Below are positions 29,371-38,728 of a stretch of 64,000 nt of DNA, in pieces. This stretch comes from a virus (taxonomy: Duplodnaviria > Caudoviricetes): the IMG/VR virus record IMGVR_UViG_3300013936_000002, positions 1-64,000 of that record. One strand, given 5' to 3'. The translations under genes and the position numbers were made by a program. Numbering within the stretch: position 1 is the first letter of the stretch; each line of letters opens with the position of its first letter. Below the pieces are notes generated by a model that saw only the letters and a program-made list of their open reading frames with translations, was not told the origin of the DNA and made no database searches.

Positions 29371-29786
29371 CTGATTTTATCTCCATTTAAATACTCAATA
29401 TATTCTTTTAAGTCTTTATAATTATTAAGATTTACAAGTCTTAATCGACAACTTCTAACACCATACTCATCATAATCATTCCAATCATCAACTAACAAGC
29501 AACGATTTTTATAAATGATAAAATCGCCATTTGTAATACGATAAATGTTCTTACAAAAGAAATCATAAGTCATACTATCGGTATTTCCATCTTTACTAAA
29601 TTGATGTGTTGTTTTTCCTGGTTGTAATGAACCTCTTATTGTCAATTTATCAAATTTAGTGATTCTACGACCTAATTCATCACATTTAAATCCTGTTTGT
29701 ACATACCAATCATAATCGAAAGCAAACAACTCAATTGCATCGTCGAACCAAGTTGGATCAACAACATGATTTTGTAAATCATTCAT
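29367..29786 (-). CDS. head closure (stopper)-like protein
   Basis: IRGSLQPG...ITNGDFIIYK pattern and position. Confidence 0.6.
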   Translation of the reverse strand: MNDLQNHVVDPTWFDDAIELFAFDYDWYVQTGFKCDELGRRITKFDKLTIRGSLQPGKTTHQFSKDGNTDSMTYDFFCKNIYRITNGDFIIYKNRCLLVDDWNDYDEYGVRSCRLRLVNLNNYKDLKEYIEYLNGDKIR

Positions 29787-29816
29787 AGAATCACCTCCTT
29801 CAATAATTTTTATATT

Positions 29817-31229
29817 TTATAAAAACCAACCTTTTTTAAGTGTTTTTGCGTATAATTCTAATTCTTCAGCTTCTTCAGTATAACCTTTTTTTCTAGCTTT
29901 TTCAGCCATTGCACTATAACTATCAACAACTCTTTCAAGTCTTGTAAGAGATGTTGTTTCTAATGAGTTGTCAATACCATTATTTAAATCGTTATACTTT
30001 TGGAAAGCATCTTTAACTGTTAATCTTAATTGTGAACTAAAAGGTAATTCTTTTGAATCTTTAGTTTTAACAATCTTAAATGGTTTTTTTCTACTATCTT
30101 GTACACCTGCTTGATAATGTTCGGCAAAATATTTAATAGCATCTTCAAAACTACTTGCTTTTTCTTCTATTTCTTCAGCAAATGCTCTATCAATACCTGC
30201 ATCAATCATAGCATTTCTTAAAGCTGTTGCAAAAGACCATCTTTCCCAAGTTCTATTTTGATATTTATTAGCACCTTCGCCTCTTTGATTACCAAATAAA
30301 AACTTAACATGTTGTGTATTGTAAGCTCTTGTTGATGTCGTCCAAGCACTAGCCATAACTTGTTTACCATCTCTAGTAATTGCACTTGCCATTTCTTCAA
30401 CGCCGCCCCATGTATCTTTTGTTTTTTTACTATCTGTAAGTCCAATGTTCCAAGCTTCTTTTAATGTATTAATAGCTGTTTCCATTCTATTAGCAATATC
30501 ATCAGTAGCCCATTTTTTAGCTAATTCTAATACACTACTATATTCTTTAATTAATTTTTTTAAAGCAAAAGGTTCTTGAGTTTCTTTATATCTTTCAATA
30601 TTTTTATTAACATCATATTCCATATCTCTTAAATACATTCTAAATGCAGCAGCAAGAGCATCTTTATCTTGTTGCTCAATAAGTTTTTTTATAGTAGTTA
30701 AATTTGTTGCAGTATTAGTAGCGACACTAGGTGCAGGATCAGCGAGTAAAGGCATATCTTTAACTTTTTTACTATCTTGTAATTTTTCAGCCCAAGCACT
30801 TGTTAAAGTATTTAAATATTTCTTATAACTTCCTTTTTGATTTGGTGTACCATGAACTTGGATTAAATCATTAATTTCATTATAAGTTTTAAGTAAAGCA
30901 GTTAATGATTTTTTTGTTTGAGTTTCTTTATATTCTTCAATATGTTTATCGACATCAGCTTTAATATCTTTTAATGCTAATAGAAAAAAGTCTTTAACTT
31001 CTTCATCTTCACCTTTTTTAATAGCTTTTTTAATATTAGTCAAAGAAGTCATAGCATTAGTAACAACATTTTCTCTTGGATCACCTAATAAAGGCATATC
31101 TTTAACTTTTTTACTATCTCTGACTAATGCTTTCATAGCATTATAAGCTCTTCTTCTAACTTCGTGGTATGACAATCCTTCACAATCTTTGATTTCAACT
31201 GTATACCCATTATTAAATTTAATTTTCAT
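29817..31229 (-). CDS. polyprotein-like protein: at least four modules separated by DSKK[VT]KD linkers
   Basis: RDSKKVKD, QDSKKVKD, TDSKKTKD, QDSRKK...TKDSK; first two modules are paralogous. Confidence 0.8.
   Translation of the reverse strand: MKIKFNNGYTVEIKDCEGLSYHEVRRRAYNAMKALVRDSKKVKDMPLLGDPRENVVTNAMTSLTNIKKAIKKGEDEEVKDFFLLALKDIKADVDKHIEEYKETQTKKSLTALLKTYNEINDLIQVHGTPNQKGSYKKYLNTLTSAWAEKLQDSKKVKDMPLLADPAPSVATNTATNLTTIKKLIEQQDKDALAAAFRMYLRDMEYDVNKNIERYKETQEPFALKKLIKEYSSVLELAKKWATDDIANRMETAINTLKEAWNIGLTDSKKTKDTWGGVEEMASAITRDGKQVMASAWTTSTRAYNTQHVKFLFGNQRGEGANKYQNRTWERWSFATALRNAMIDAGIDRAFAEEIEEKASSFEDAIKYFAEHYQAGVQDSRKKPFKIVKTKDSKELPFSSQLRLTVKDAFQKYNDLNNGIDNSLETTSLTRLERVVDSYSAMAEKARKKGYTEEAEELELYAKTLKKGWFL
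30747..31119. repeat. 31-bp direct repeat (30747-30777 and 31089-31119) encoding DSKKVKDMPL
   Basis: TAAAGGCATATCTTTAACTTTTTTACTATCT identical in both copies. Confidence 0.9.
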
Positions 31230-31258
31230 TATTCAATTTCCTTTCTTTTTATAAAAAT

Positions 31259-31312
31259 AAAAGAGCTAATAGACTGAGCTTACTTTATAAATTCAGTCTA
31301 GATCAGCCCTTT
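31259..31312 (-). terminator. extended hairpin/terminator between capsid gene and polyprotein gene
   Basis: TAGACTGA/TCAGTCTA inner stem and AAAAGAGCT/AGCCCTTTT outer stem. Confidence 0.55.
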
Positions 31313-31365
31313 TAATATATATCTAACTTATTTATATTGGAGAGATAACTAAGTTGATACCTAAA

Positions 31366-32463
31366 TTATTTTGTAAAGTCCCAATATGATACAACACCTA
31401 ATTCAGTATTTGAAGTGTTATATGGTAATTGTACTTGTGATACTTGACCTACGAAAGCAGATGTATAAGACATCTTGTCAATGTTAGGTAAAGTAATGTA
31501 GTGTTGCATTGGATAAGGCATATCAATTCTTACGAAATCTTCATCTTTTCTATAAGCAACAATTCTACCATGTCCACCAACACCCGCAGTATTTAAGTCA
31601 GGTCTTGCTTCAATAACTAATTTGAAATCTTCAGCACCTGATTGAGCTTTACCTAAGTTGTGTTCTTTAATAAAGTCAAGTAATGTATTAGTGTATAATT
31701 GTGAATATCTACTAACAGCATCACTTTGTACGAATGTTGGAACTAAAATTCTATTTGGTAAAAGTGTAATGTTCATATTAGATTGATCTAAATATGTTTC
31801 AAAGATACCATTGATGAAACCTACGAAAGCATCATCTGATAATCCTTCAAATCCTTTGCCAGTAGCTTCATTGTTATCAATTGTTGTAACTTTAACATTA
31901 GCATCATTGAATAAACCAGTGCCACCATTTAAACCTAAGTAAGCTACTTTTTGTACAAAGAAATCCCAACCTGCTAAAATAGCATTTCTATAAATTTCTT
32001 CAATTGATTTTTGTAAATCAATTTTTTTCATTTTTTCTAATTCGATAAATCTTAAATCATAAGCAACTTCATAAGTATAGACATTAACATTCTTTTGTGT
32101 TAATGAAGCATTTACTCTAGGAATGAAGTTAGCATTATTACCAACAACATTTCTCATTTCATTCATAATACCTGCCCAGTTGACAGTGTAGTATGTAACG
32201 AAATCTACAAATCCTCCACCTGGATTAATATCAATATCTTTTTGATAAGTAAAATATACTTTTGGCTCATATAATTTTTTATGTAATTTTGCTAATGATG
32301 TTGATAAGAAAGCAAAGTTAGCATCATGAATTTTTGAATCGCCAATAAATGCTTTTGCTCTTGTACCAAACATTTCATTAACTGAGAAACATCTTCCTCT
32401 ATTCTTTGCTGGAACGGAATCAACAAAGAAATTTTTTGTAACTTCTGAATCAACGAAACCCAT
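31366..32463 (-). CDS. major capsid protein (DUF2184-like)
   Basis: DANFAFLSTSLAKL...YEP start of mature-like region, VAYLG...TGLFN, GRIVAY...MPYP motifs; follows decoration gene. Confidence 0.85.
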   Translation of the reverse strand: MGFVDSEVTKNFFVDSVPAKNRGRCFSVNEMFGTRAKAFIGDSKIHDANFAFLSTSLAKLHKKLYEPKVYFTYQKDIDINPGGGFVDFVTYYTVNWAGIMNEMRNVVGNNANFIPRVNASLTQKNVNVYTYEVAYDLRFIELEKMKKIDLQKSIEEIYRNAILAGWDFFVQKVAYLGLNGGTGLFNDANVKVTTIDNNEATGKGFEGLSDDAFVGFINGIFETYLDQSNMNITLLPNRILVPTFVQSDAVSRYSQLYTNTLLDFIKEHNLGKAQSGAEDFKLVIEARPDLNTAGVGGHGRIVAYRKDEDFVRIDMPYPMQHYITLPNIDKMSYTSAFVGQVSQVQLPYNTSNTELGVVSYWDFTK

Positions 32464-32478
32464 TTCTCTTTCCTCCTA

Positions 32479-32961
32479 TTATTTCATATAAATTTCAGCA
32501 ACTAATGTGTCACCGTGTTTTTCACTAACACCAGTAAATGTCCAAGTTGTTTCAAAATTTGCACCTTTAACTGTTGTACATTTTCCTGCAGCAGTTACAT
32601 ATACTGTTGCGCCTTCTTTAACATCAGCTTCAACTGCAGTTGCATCACAATCAACAGCAATATAGCCCCATATACATAAGTTAAAACCTTCACCTGGTTT
32701 TGTTGCAATGTTTTCATCATTTGCAGGATAAGTTGTAGCAACTTTTACATTTGTTGCTAATACGATACCAGCAATATCTTTTGCACTTGTAAGAGCTGTG
32801 ATTTTCTTGTATCCACCACTTGCACTTCCAAATGTTACTAATTCACCATTATTAACGGATTGGTCACCTTCAAGAACAGCACCTGAAACATTATATTTAT
32901 CGGAAACTGTTGGATAACCTACCATTAATGCTGGAATTTTATTCTTATAAATTAATGACAT
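32479..32961 (-). CDS. head decoration/cement protein
   Basis: 160 aa, between scaffold and capsid genes; AGIVL...GYIAV pattern. Confidence 0.7.
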   Translation of the reverse strand: MSLIYKNKIPALMVGYPTVSDKYNVSGAVLEGDQSVNNGELVTFGSASGGYKKITALTSAKDIAGIVLATNVKVATTYPANDENIATKPGEGFNLCIWGYIAVDCDATAVEADVKEGATVYVTAAGKCTTVKGANFETTWTFTGVSEKHGDTLVAEIYMK

Positions 32962-32964
32962 ATT

Positions 32965-33582
32965 TTATTTTCCTCCTTTATAGCGCATTTTCCACGCTTC
33001 AGCAATTTCATTTTGTTCATCAATCTCTTTGTCACTCAAACTATCTTTAGTTGGTTTTTCTAATGAGCCAATAGATTTTTTTGAATCACATTTTCTTTTT
33101 TTATCAAAGATGACTTCATCTGTATCATCAATTGAATCATCATTTTCAACGATTTCTTCATCTTCATCTTCGACTTCTTCAGCATCATCATCAGCATCTA
33201 AGTCATCAAAATCATCTTCTTTATCGTTATCTTCTTTGATTTCTTCTTTTTCTTCTTCAATCTCTTCGATATCGATATCATCATCTTCAGGTTCGATTTC
33301 TTCTTCCTCAATTTCTTCTTCTTTTTCTTCTTTAATTGATGTATCTTCTTTTTCTAAATCTTCAAGTTTTTCAATTAAAGTTTCTAATTTAGGAGAAAGT
33401 TTAGCAAGTTTCTTTAAACCTACGATTTCTTCTTGAGTTAATGATTCATCAGCGTCTTTTTCTTGAGTATGATGCTTCAATTGTTGTTTACCTTTTAATA
33501 ATGGTCTAACAATAGCTTGTCTTTTTGGTTCTTCAACATTATATTGTTCGCCACTACGATTATCAGTAATTTTAAATCTCAT
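32965..33582 (-). CDS. acidic scaffolding protein
   Basis: Long E/D-rich tract, C-terminal AEAWKMRYK helix; start refined to ATG 33582 after AAAGGA. Confidence 0.65.
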   Translation of the reverse strand: MRFKITDNRSGEQYNVEEPKRQAIVRPLLKGKQQLKHHTQEKDADESLTQEEIVGLKKLAKLSPKLETLIEKLEDLEKEDTSIKEEKEEEIEEEEIEPEDDDIDIEEIEEEKEEIKEDNDKEDDFDDLDADDDAEEVEDEDEEIVENDDSIDDTDEVIFDKKRKCDSKKSIGSLEKPTKDSLSDKEIDEQNEIAEAWKMRYKGGK

Positions 33583-33646
33583 ATAAAAATCATCCTTTCT
33601 TGATTGCATTATAACACTACTTTTTTTTGTGATATAATGAAATTAA

Positions 33647-34147
33647 TTATTTTTTTACTAATTTACAAGTAATATATTGAGATAATCTATCTAATTTATA
33701 TAAATATTGGTTTTCATCTTCTTGTTTTAATAGATTTCCTAATGTATTACTATCTAATAAAAAATTTCTTATCATTTGTTTACATTGTATTTCTATATTG
33801 TTAGATAAAAAAAATAATTTTGAATATATATCATTTTCATTTAAATCATTATTAAAAATGCTATCAACAATTAATTCTAATTCATGATGTATATAGTTAT
33901 TAATTTTAAACAACATTTTTTCTAATACAAATTTACCTGGAATTGTCATTGTGCCATATTCAGTAAAGTACATAATATCTGCAATAGACATAAAAGTTGA
34001 AGTAATTGAACTATCTGTATTTAAGATATTCACTTCAACTTTTTTTTGTCCATTTTCAGAGCTAATTCCAAATTCAAAAGAATAATGATTTAATGAATCT
34101 AAAGCAGTAATTGTACTACCAAATAATTCATCAAATATATCTTCCAT
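33647..34147 (-). CDS. neck/tail-completion protein (gp10-like)
   Basis: ADIMYFTEYGTMTIPGKFVL resembles the A...EyGt..IP.R.F motif. Confidence 0.6.
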   Translation of the reverse strand: MEDIFDELFGSTITALDSLNHYSFEFGISSENGQKKVEVNILNTDSSITSTFMSIADIMYFTEYGTMTIPGKFVLEKMLFKINNYIHHELELIVDSIFNNDLNENDIYSKLFFLSNNIEIQCKQMIRNFLLDSNTLGNLLKQEDENQYLYKLDRLSQYITCKLVKK

Positions 34148-34150
34148 AAT

Positions 34151-34612
34151 TTATTTTGTTAAATCATCTTTGATTTTTTCTTTTTGAGTATCAGTTAAAA
34201 CTAAAGTTTTTTCGATAACTTCAATTATATCATCAATTTCTTTATTTTTACCTTTGAATAATCCAACAAATTTTTGTAATAAAAATCTGCCACCATAGTC
34301 ACGGTAAATAGGATAAAGAGCTTGTGAGCAGCCAAAGACAGAACAACTATATTTAAAAATTACAACAAATGAAAATTCTAAATTAAAGATTTTTACATAA
34401 GCGCAAGTAATTCCAATAGATAAAACTAAAGTAATTACTAAATATAAATAGCTCATGATTTTTGTTAACTTACTAGATTCACCAGTTTCATTTGCTTTTT
34501 TAGTTGGAATAACTTTAGTAAAGATTTTAATTAATCCTACTAAAATCATAACAATTAAGCTCATGCAAACAACAGGCAAACCATATTTAGTCATAATTTC
34601 TTCAAAACTCAT
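34151..34612 (-). CDS. holin-like membrane protein
   Basis: Two to three hydrophobic helices, charged C-terminus; start refined to MSFEE after AGGAGG. Confidence 0.5.
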   Translation of the reverse strand: MSFEEIMTKYGLPVVCMSLIVMILVGLIKIFTKVIPTKKANETGESSKLTKIMSYLYLVITLVLSIGITCAYVKIFNLEFSFVVIFKYSCSVFGCSQALYPIYRDYGGRFLLQKFVGLFKGKNKEIDDIIEVIEKTLVLTDTQKEKIKDDLTK

Positions 34613-34695
34613 TGTTTTATTCCTCCTTTTACATACTTTTAGATATTGCACATAATATATCCAATAATTTTTTAAAAATATCAAATGCTATTAAA

Positions 34696-35064
34696 CTAAA
34701 ACCCTAAAGTTTTATTAGCATCAGGTAATAAAGATTTAATAATATCTTTCTTTTCCATTAATGTTGCTTTAGCATGTTCAATCTTTTCATTACATTCAAC
34801 GATTTGATTTTCGTATGGTTGAACAACATTAACTTTCTTTGTTTTTAATTCTTCTAAAGCATTTTGAATTGAAGCAATTTGATTTTGATAATTAACAATT
34901 TGAGCTTCAATTGGTTTTTCAACATTGACAATTTGAGTTTTAATAACATTAATCTTTTCAGATTGTTCTTTAATTAAAGACAAAACTTGATTAACTTCAA
35001 CTTTTAAATCATCAATAGAAACTTCCTTAACTTCGTAATATTTTCCATCAATTAATTTATACAT
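34696..35064 (-). CDS. coiled-coil protein
   Basis: Start refined to MYKL after AGGAGG. Confidence 0.6.
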   Translation of the reverse strand: MYKLIDGKYYEVKEVSIDDLKVEVNQVLSLIKEQSEKINVIKTQIVNVEKPIEAQIVNYQNQIASIQNALEELKTKKVNVVQPYENQIVECNEKIEHAKATLMEKKDIIKSLLPDANKTLGF

Positions 35065-35089
35065 GTTAATTTTCCTCCTTTCATTTAGT

Positions 35090-35680
35090 TTATTGGATAA
35101 TTCCATATTTTCTTAAAAAGAACAATATGGTTAGTACAATCATTGCAACGATAAATAATGTTAATAAAAACAATATTATCTTTTTTGCAGGCTTTGTAAA
35201 TTCAGCAAATCGCAAGACTACTGCATTTACACAATCCATAGTTATATTAATAATTCCTGTAATTAATCCTATAATTGTATAATATAAGATTAAGAAAGGC
35301 ATTAATATGAACATCAAACATTTTAACATTCTATTTGGTAAAGGTTTTTTTAAACCAATTAATTCAGCTATACCTTCATAAGTACCATAGTTAGCTTCTT
35401 GTAATTTCTTTTCAGATTCTTTTGATTTGATATGTTCTTCTTTTAAAGAAGTTTCAGCACTTTGCTTTAATTCTTCTTTTTTAAGATTTGTAATATCATC
35501 AACTAAGTGTTCATCTTCAACTGCTTTAGCAGTAGCAGCTAAATTAACAATATCTTTAGCTTGCTCTTTAATTGATTTTGATTTATCAAGTTCAATATGA
35601 ATTGATTTATCAACATTAGTTAAAGTAGAAGAATCAACTTCAGTTTTTATTAACTCTTCTTTATTTTCTTCTTCTTCCAT
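35090..35680 (-). CDS. membrane protein with two C-terminal hydrophobic helices
   Basis: Start refined to MEEEE after GAGG; hydrophobic C-terminal half. Confidence 0.6.
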   Translation of the reverse strand: MEEEENKEELIKTEVDSSTLTNVDKSIHIELDKSKSIKEQAKDIVNLAATAKAVEDEHLVDDITNLKKEELKQSAETSLKEEHIKSKESEKKLQEANYGTYEGIAELIGLKKPLPNRMLKCLMFILMPFLILYYTIIGLITGIINITMDCVNAVVLRFAEFTKPAKKIILFLLTLFIVAMIVLTILFFLRKYGIIQ

Positions 35681-35681
35681 G

Positions 35682-37223
35682 TTAATCAACCTCTTTCATT
35701 TTTTCTTTGTAATCATTAATTTGATTGATAATCATTCTCTTAAATTCTTTTTTATTTTCTTCAAAATCAGGATCATCATCTTCATTGACCATGCTATCAA
35801 TTTCTTCTAAAGTCTTTCTTAAAGATTTAATAGTTTCAATATAAAAATCTTTATTGTATTTATCACTATCATCTATTGAATCTCTTCTATTTCTATAAAG
35901 TTCACCAAAGGTCATAGGTGGATTGCTAACATTTGCTCTTACACCTTTAGCAGGAGAATTATAGTTAGCTGGTTTGTAAATATCACCATTATTTGGATCA
36001 ACAAAAGCAAATATAGATTTGCCACCACCAAAATCAATTTGTAATATTTTAACCCATCTAGGTCCAATAGAATATGAATATGTATTACCAAATTTTTCGC
36101 TTTCATGTAAAGCATTTAATTTGTTAACCCAATCTTCAATTTGATTAATAATATCATCTTCGATAAATACATCATTAACACTATCTTTTTTAGATTTGTT
36201 TTCCCAATAAGATAAAGCAACTGCATATCTTTGTTTAGTATCAGGGTATTCAGATTTTGTTTCTTTCATAAATCTAGCAATGAAATCTTTTTTAGATTCA
36301 TTTTCTTTTGGATCTACATCATGAACTTTTAATGTACTAATTCCAATTTCTTTTAAAGCATTTTCAATTGAAGAGCCATTAATTAAAAGTTCAACAAATT
36401 TATCATAAGATTTTATTTCATTATAAGATGGACTAGTCATAAAATCTTCTGCATTAGCACCTGCTGTAAAAAACCAATCTCTTAAATTACTATTTAATAA
36501 AACATCATTAGTATTTTTTAATTTTATCTTTCTAACACTATTTAACCAACTATTCATTTCACTAATCCAGTGATGAACAACATTATCTTCTTTATTATTG
36601 TAAATTTTATCAAAATGTTCAATAAATTTGTTTCCTAAAGAAATACATCTATCCATAGCATCAGCTCTACTTAAAGCCATATCATTAACACTATCTTTAC
36701 TATCAACAATCTTAGCAATTCCTGCTCTACCACATTCACATAATGCAACATGGTTTCCACGAATATTTATTTGTCTTGGATTATTATCATTTGTAATATC
36801 ACAATCATAGCCACATGATAATTCGGTTCTAATGCCATTTTTAATATCTTCAATAGCATCAGGGTCTGTTATGACTAAATTGCCTAACATAACATCTTCG
36901 CCATCTTCGTTTTTACCCCTACGAATATCACGAACAAAACCAACCGATAAATCTTTATAATTATCAGTGGTAACATTTTCATTAGGATGTTCAACAGTAA
37001 TAGGTTTGTTTTCAAAAGATGCTAATGTTTCATTTGAGAAAACATCTTCTGGTTTTCTATCAATATCTATTTCAGTTGTATCACCTTCACAATCAGGGTA
37101 AACTTCACATTTCATATATGTCTGTTTTCCAGTTCTTGCTAAAACTGCGTCCTTACAAATTAAATAACCTTCGCTTGTTTCAAATTTATGTGGACTTAAT
37201 TTTGTATTTGCTAAAAATTTCAT
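35682..37223 (-). CDS. DUF2213-like prohead protease with appended modules
   Basis: [45 protein letters not shown]; C-terminal ~340 aa of modules after DSKDSVND. Confidence 0.85.
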   Translation of the reverse strand: MKFLANTKLSPHKFETSEGYLICKDAVLARTGKQTYMKCEVYPDCEGDTTEIDIDRKPEDVFSNETLASFENKPITVEHPNENVTTDNYKDLSVGFVRDIRRGKNEDGEDVMLGNLVITDPDAIEDIKNGIRTELSCGYDCDITNDNNPRQINIRGNHVALCECGRAGIAKIVDSKDSVNDMALSRADAMDRCISLGNKFIEHFDKIYNNKEDNVVHHWISEMNSWLNSVRKIKLKNTNDVLLNSNLRDWFFTAGANAEDFMTSPSYNEIKSYDKFVELLINGSSIENALKEIGISTLKVHDVDPKENESKKDFIARFMKETKSEYPDTKQRYAVALSYWENKSKKDSVNDVFIEDDIINQIEDWVNKLNALHESEKFGNTYSYSIGPRWVKILQIDFGGGKSIFAFVDPNNGDIYKPANYNSPAKGVRANVSNPPMTFGELYRNRRDSIDDSDKYNKDFYIETIKSLRKTLEEIDSMVNEDDDPDFEENKKEFKRMIINQINDYKEKMKEVD

Positions 37224-37277
37224 AAAATCACACCTCACTTTTATTATAGATTATAATTTTTTTACAATATAATTAAT

Positions 37278-37886
37278 TTACAAATTTAATTCTATTTTTG
37301 TTTCATTACTTGTATAAATTGTGGTAACAACAAATGATAAAGAATATTTATGACCATCAACTTGACTTTCAAATTTAACAACATTCCTAACATCAGGGTG
37401 TGATGTAATAATATCTAAAGCGATTGCATCATATATTCCTTTATTTCTTACTTTATCAATTAAAGGTAAACCATAACCTGGATTATACCAAAGCTCTTTT
37501 TTTAAAACGCTCAATCTTTGAATTAATGAATCTTTAACTCCTTCTTGTGCTTTACTATAATTATTACTTCTATTAATTGTTTTAATAAAATTATCATATT
37601 CTTCAATAGTATTAAAAATTTTTAAATTTTCATATTTACTAGTTAAATCGTTTTCACTTTTAAAACCATCTTTAGTCCAAAAATAATTAACATTATTTAA
37701 AATATAACAAACATCATAATCACCTCTAGCTGGTAATTCATCAACTTCTTTTTTTATAATAGCATTTAAATAATAAGTATGTTCAACACCATAAAATAAA
37801 GCATGACCTAATTCATCTACCCCATAGCTTGAGAACCAAACAATATTGGTTGTTTTATTATTAATTTCATTTCTTCTACAAATCAT
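37278..37886 (-). CDS. baseplate wedge protein (DUF2634/gp46-like)
   Basis: QRLSVLKKELWYNPGYGLP motif; upstream neighbour is DUF2612-like. Confidence 0.7.
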   Translation of the reverse strand: MICRRNEINNKTTNIVWFSSYGVDELGHALFYGVEHTYYLNAIIKKEVDELPARGDYDVCYILNNVNYFWTKDGFKSENDLTSKYENLKIFNTIEEYDNFIKTINRSNNYSKAQEGVKDSLIQRLSVLKKELWYNPGYGLPLIDKVRNKGIYDAIALDIITSHPDVRNVVKFESQVDGHKYSLSFVVTTIYTSNETKIELNL

Positions 37887-37889
37887 AAA

Positions 37890-38714
37890 TTACCCCCATA
37901 TAGCACTTTGCGAATAATAAGTTTGACTGGAATCATAAGTTGTAGCTTGTATAAAAGTTCCATCATTATTTTTAACAAAAATATTTTCTTTATTTGTATT
38001 AAAATATCTTTCATTCATTTCATTAATTACACCAAACTCAACCTTAGAAGAACTATCATAATCATGATTATCTTCGTTAGCAAAACCAAATAAATCCCAT
38101 TCACCTATATTAACTACATTTTCTAAAAGCAAGCCATAAGTAATTCCCATGGATTCAATAGCAATCATTCTATTTAAGAATAAGTTTTGCATATTTAAAG
38201 ATAATTCATTCCAGTTATTACAATAGATTTGACACTCTGCACTAGATGTTGGAATATAAGTTAAATTAATAGGTAATAAATTATTATCTACATAAGCCTT
38301 TGCTAAATCTTCTCTAGTTCCATTAAAATGTTGTTTGATAATTTGTGAACGAATATAAGTAATAAAATCATAATTATCTAAAACAATTGTTTTTGTAGTT
38401 GTTAAATCTTCAACCTTTTTAGGATTATCACTCCATTTAATAGTCATTTGTCTATAACAATTAAATATTGCACCTATATTATCTAAAGTTTGATCTGCTT
38501 CACCATCAATATTTTTAGTAATATAATCGTTAATTGTTCCATCTAAAATATTGTATTTTTCTAATAATTTATTATAAAAATCGTTTAAAGATTCAAGGAT
38601 TAAATAAACAGCTCTTATTTGTTGATTAATACCATAAGAACCATTTAAAAACAAACTTAAATATCTAATATAATATTCATAAGTAATTAATTTCTCATTT
38701 TTAATAAGAGCCAT
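37890..38714 (-). CDS. DUF2612-like baseplate protein
   Basis: QTLDNIGAIF...R, LDNYDFITYI...HFNGT motifs; after baseplate J. Confidence 0.7.
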   Translation of the reverse strand: MALIKNEKLITYEYYIRYLSLFLNGSYGINQQIRAVYLILESLNDFYNKLLEKYNILDGTINDYITKNIDGEADQTLDNIGAIFNCYRQMTIKWSDNPKKVEDLTTTKTIVLDNYDFITYIRSQIIKQHFNGTREDLAKAYVDNNLLPINLTYIPTSSAECQIYCNNWNELSLNMQNLFLNRMIAIESMGITYGLLLENVVNIGEWDLFGFANEDNHDYDSSSKVEFGVINEMNERYFNTNKENIFVKNNDGTFIQATTYDSSQTYYSQSAIWG

Positions 38715-38728
38715 AATTTATCTCCTTT

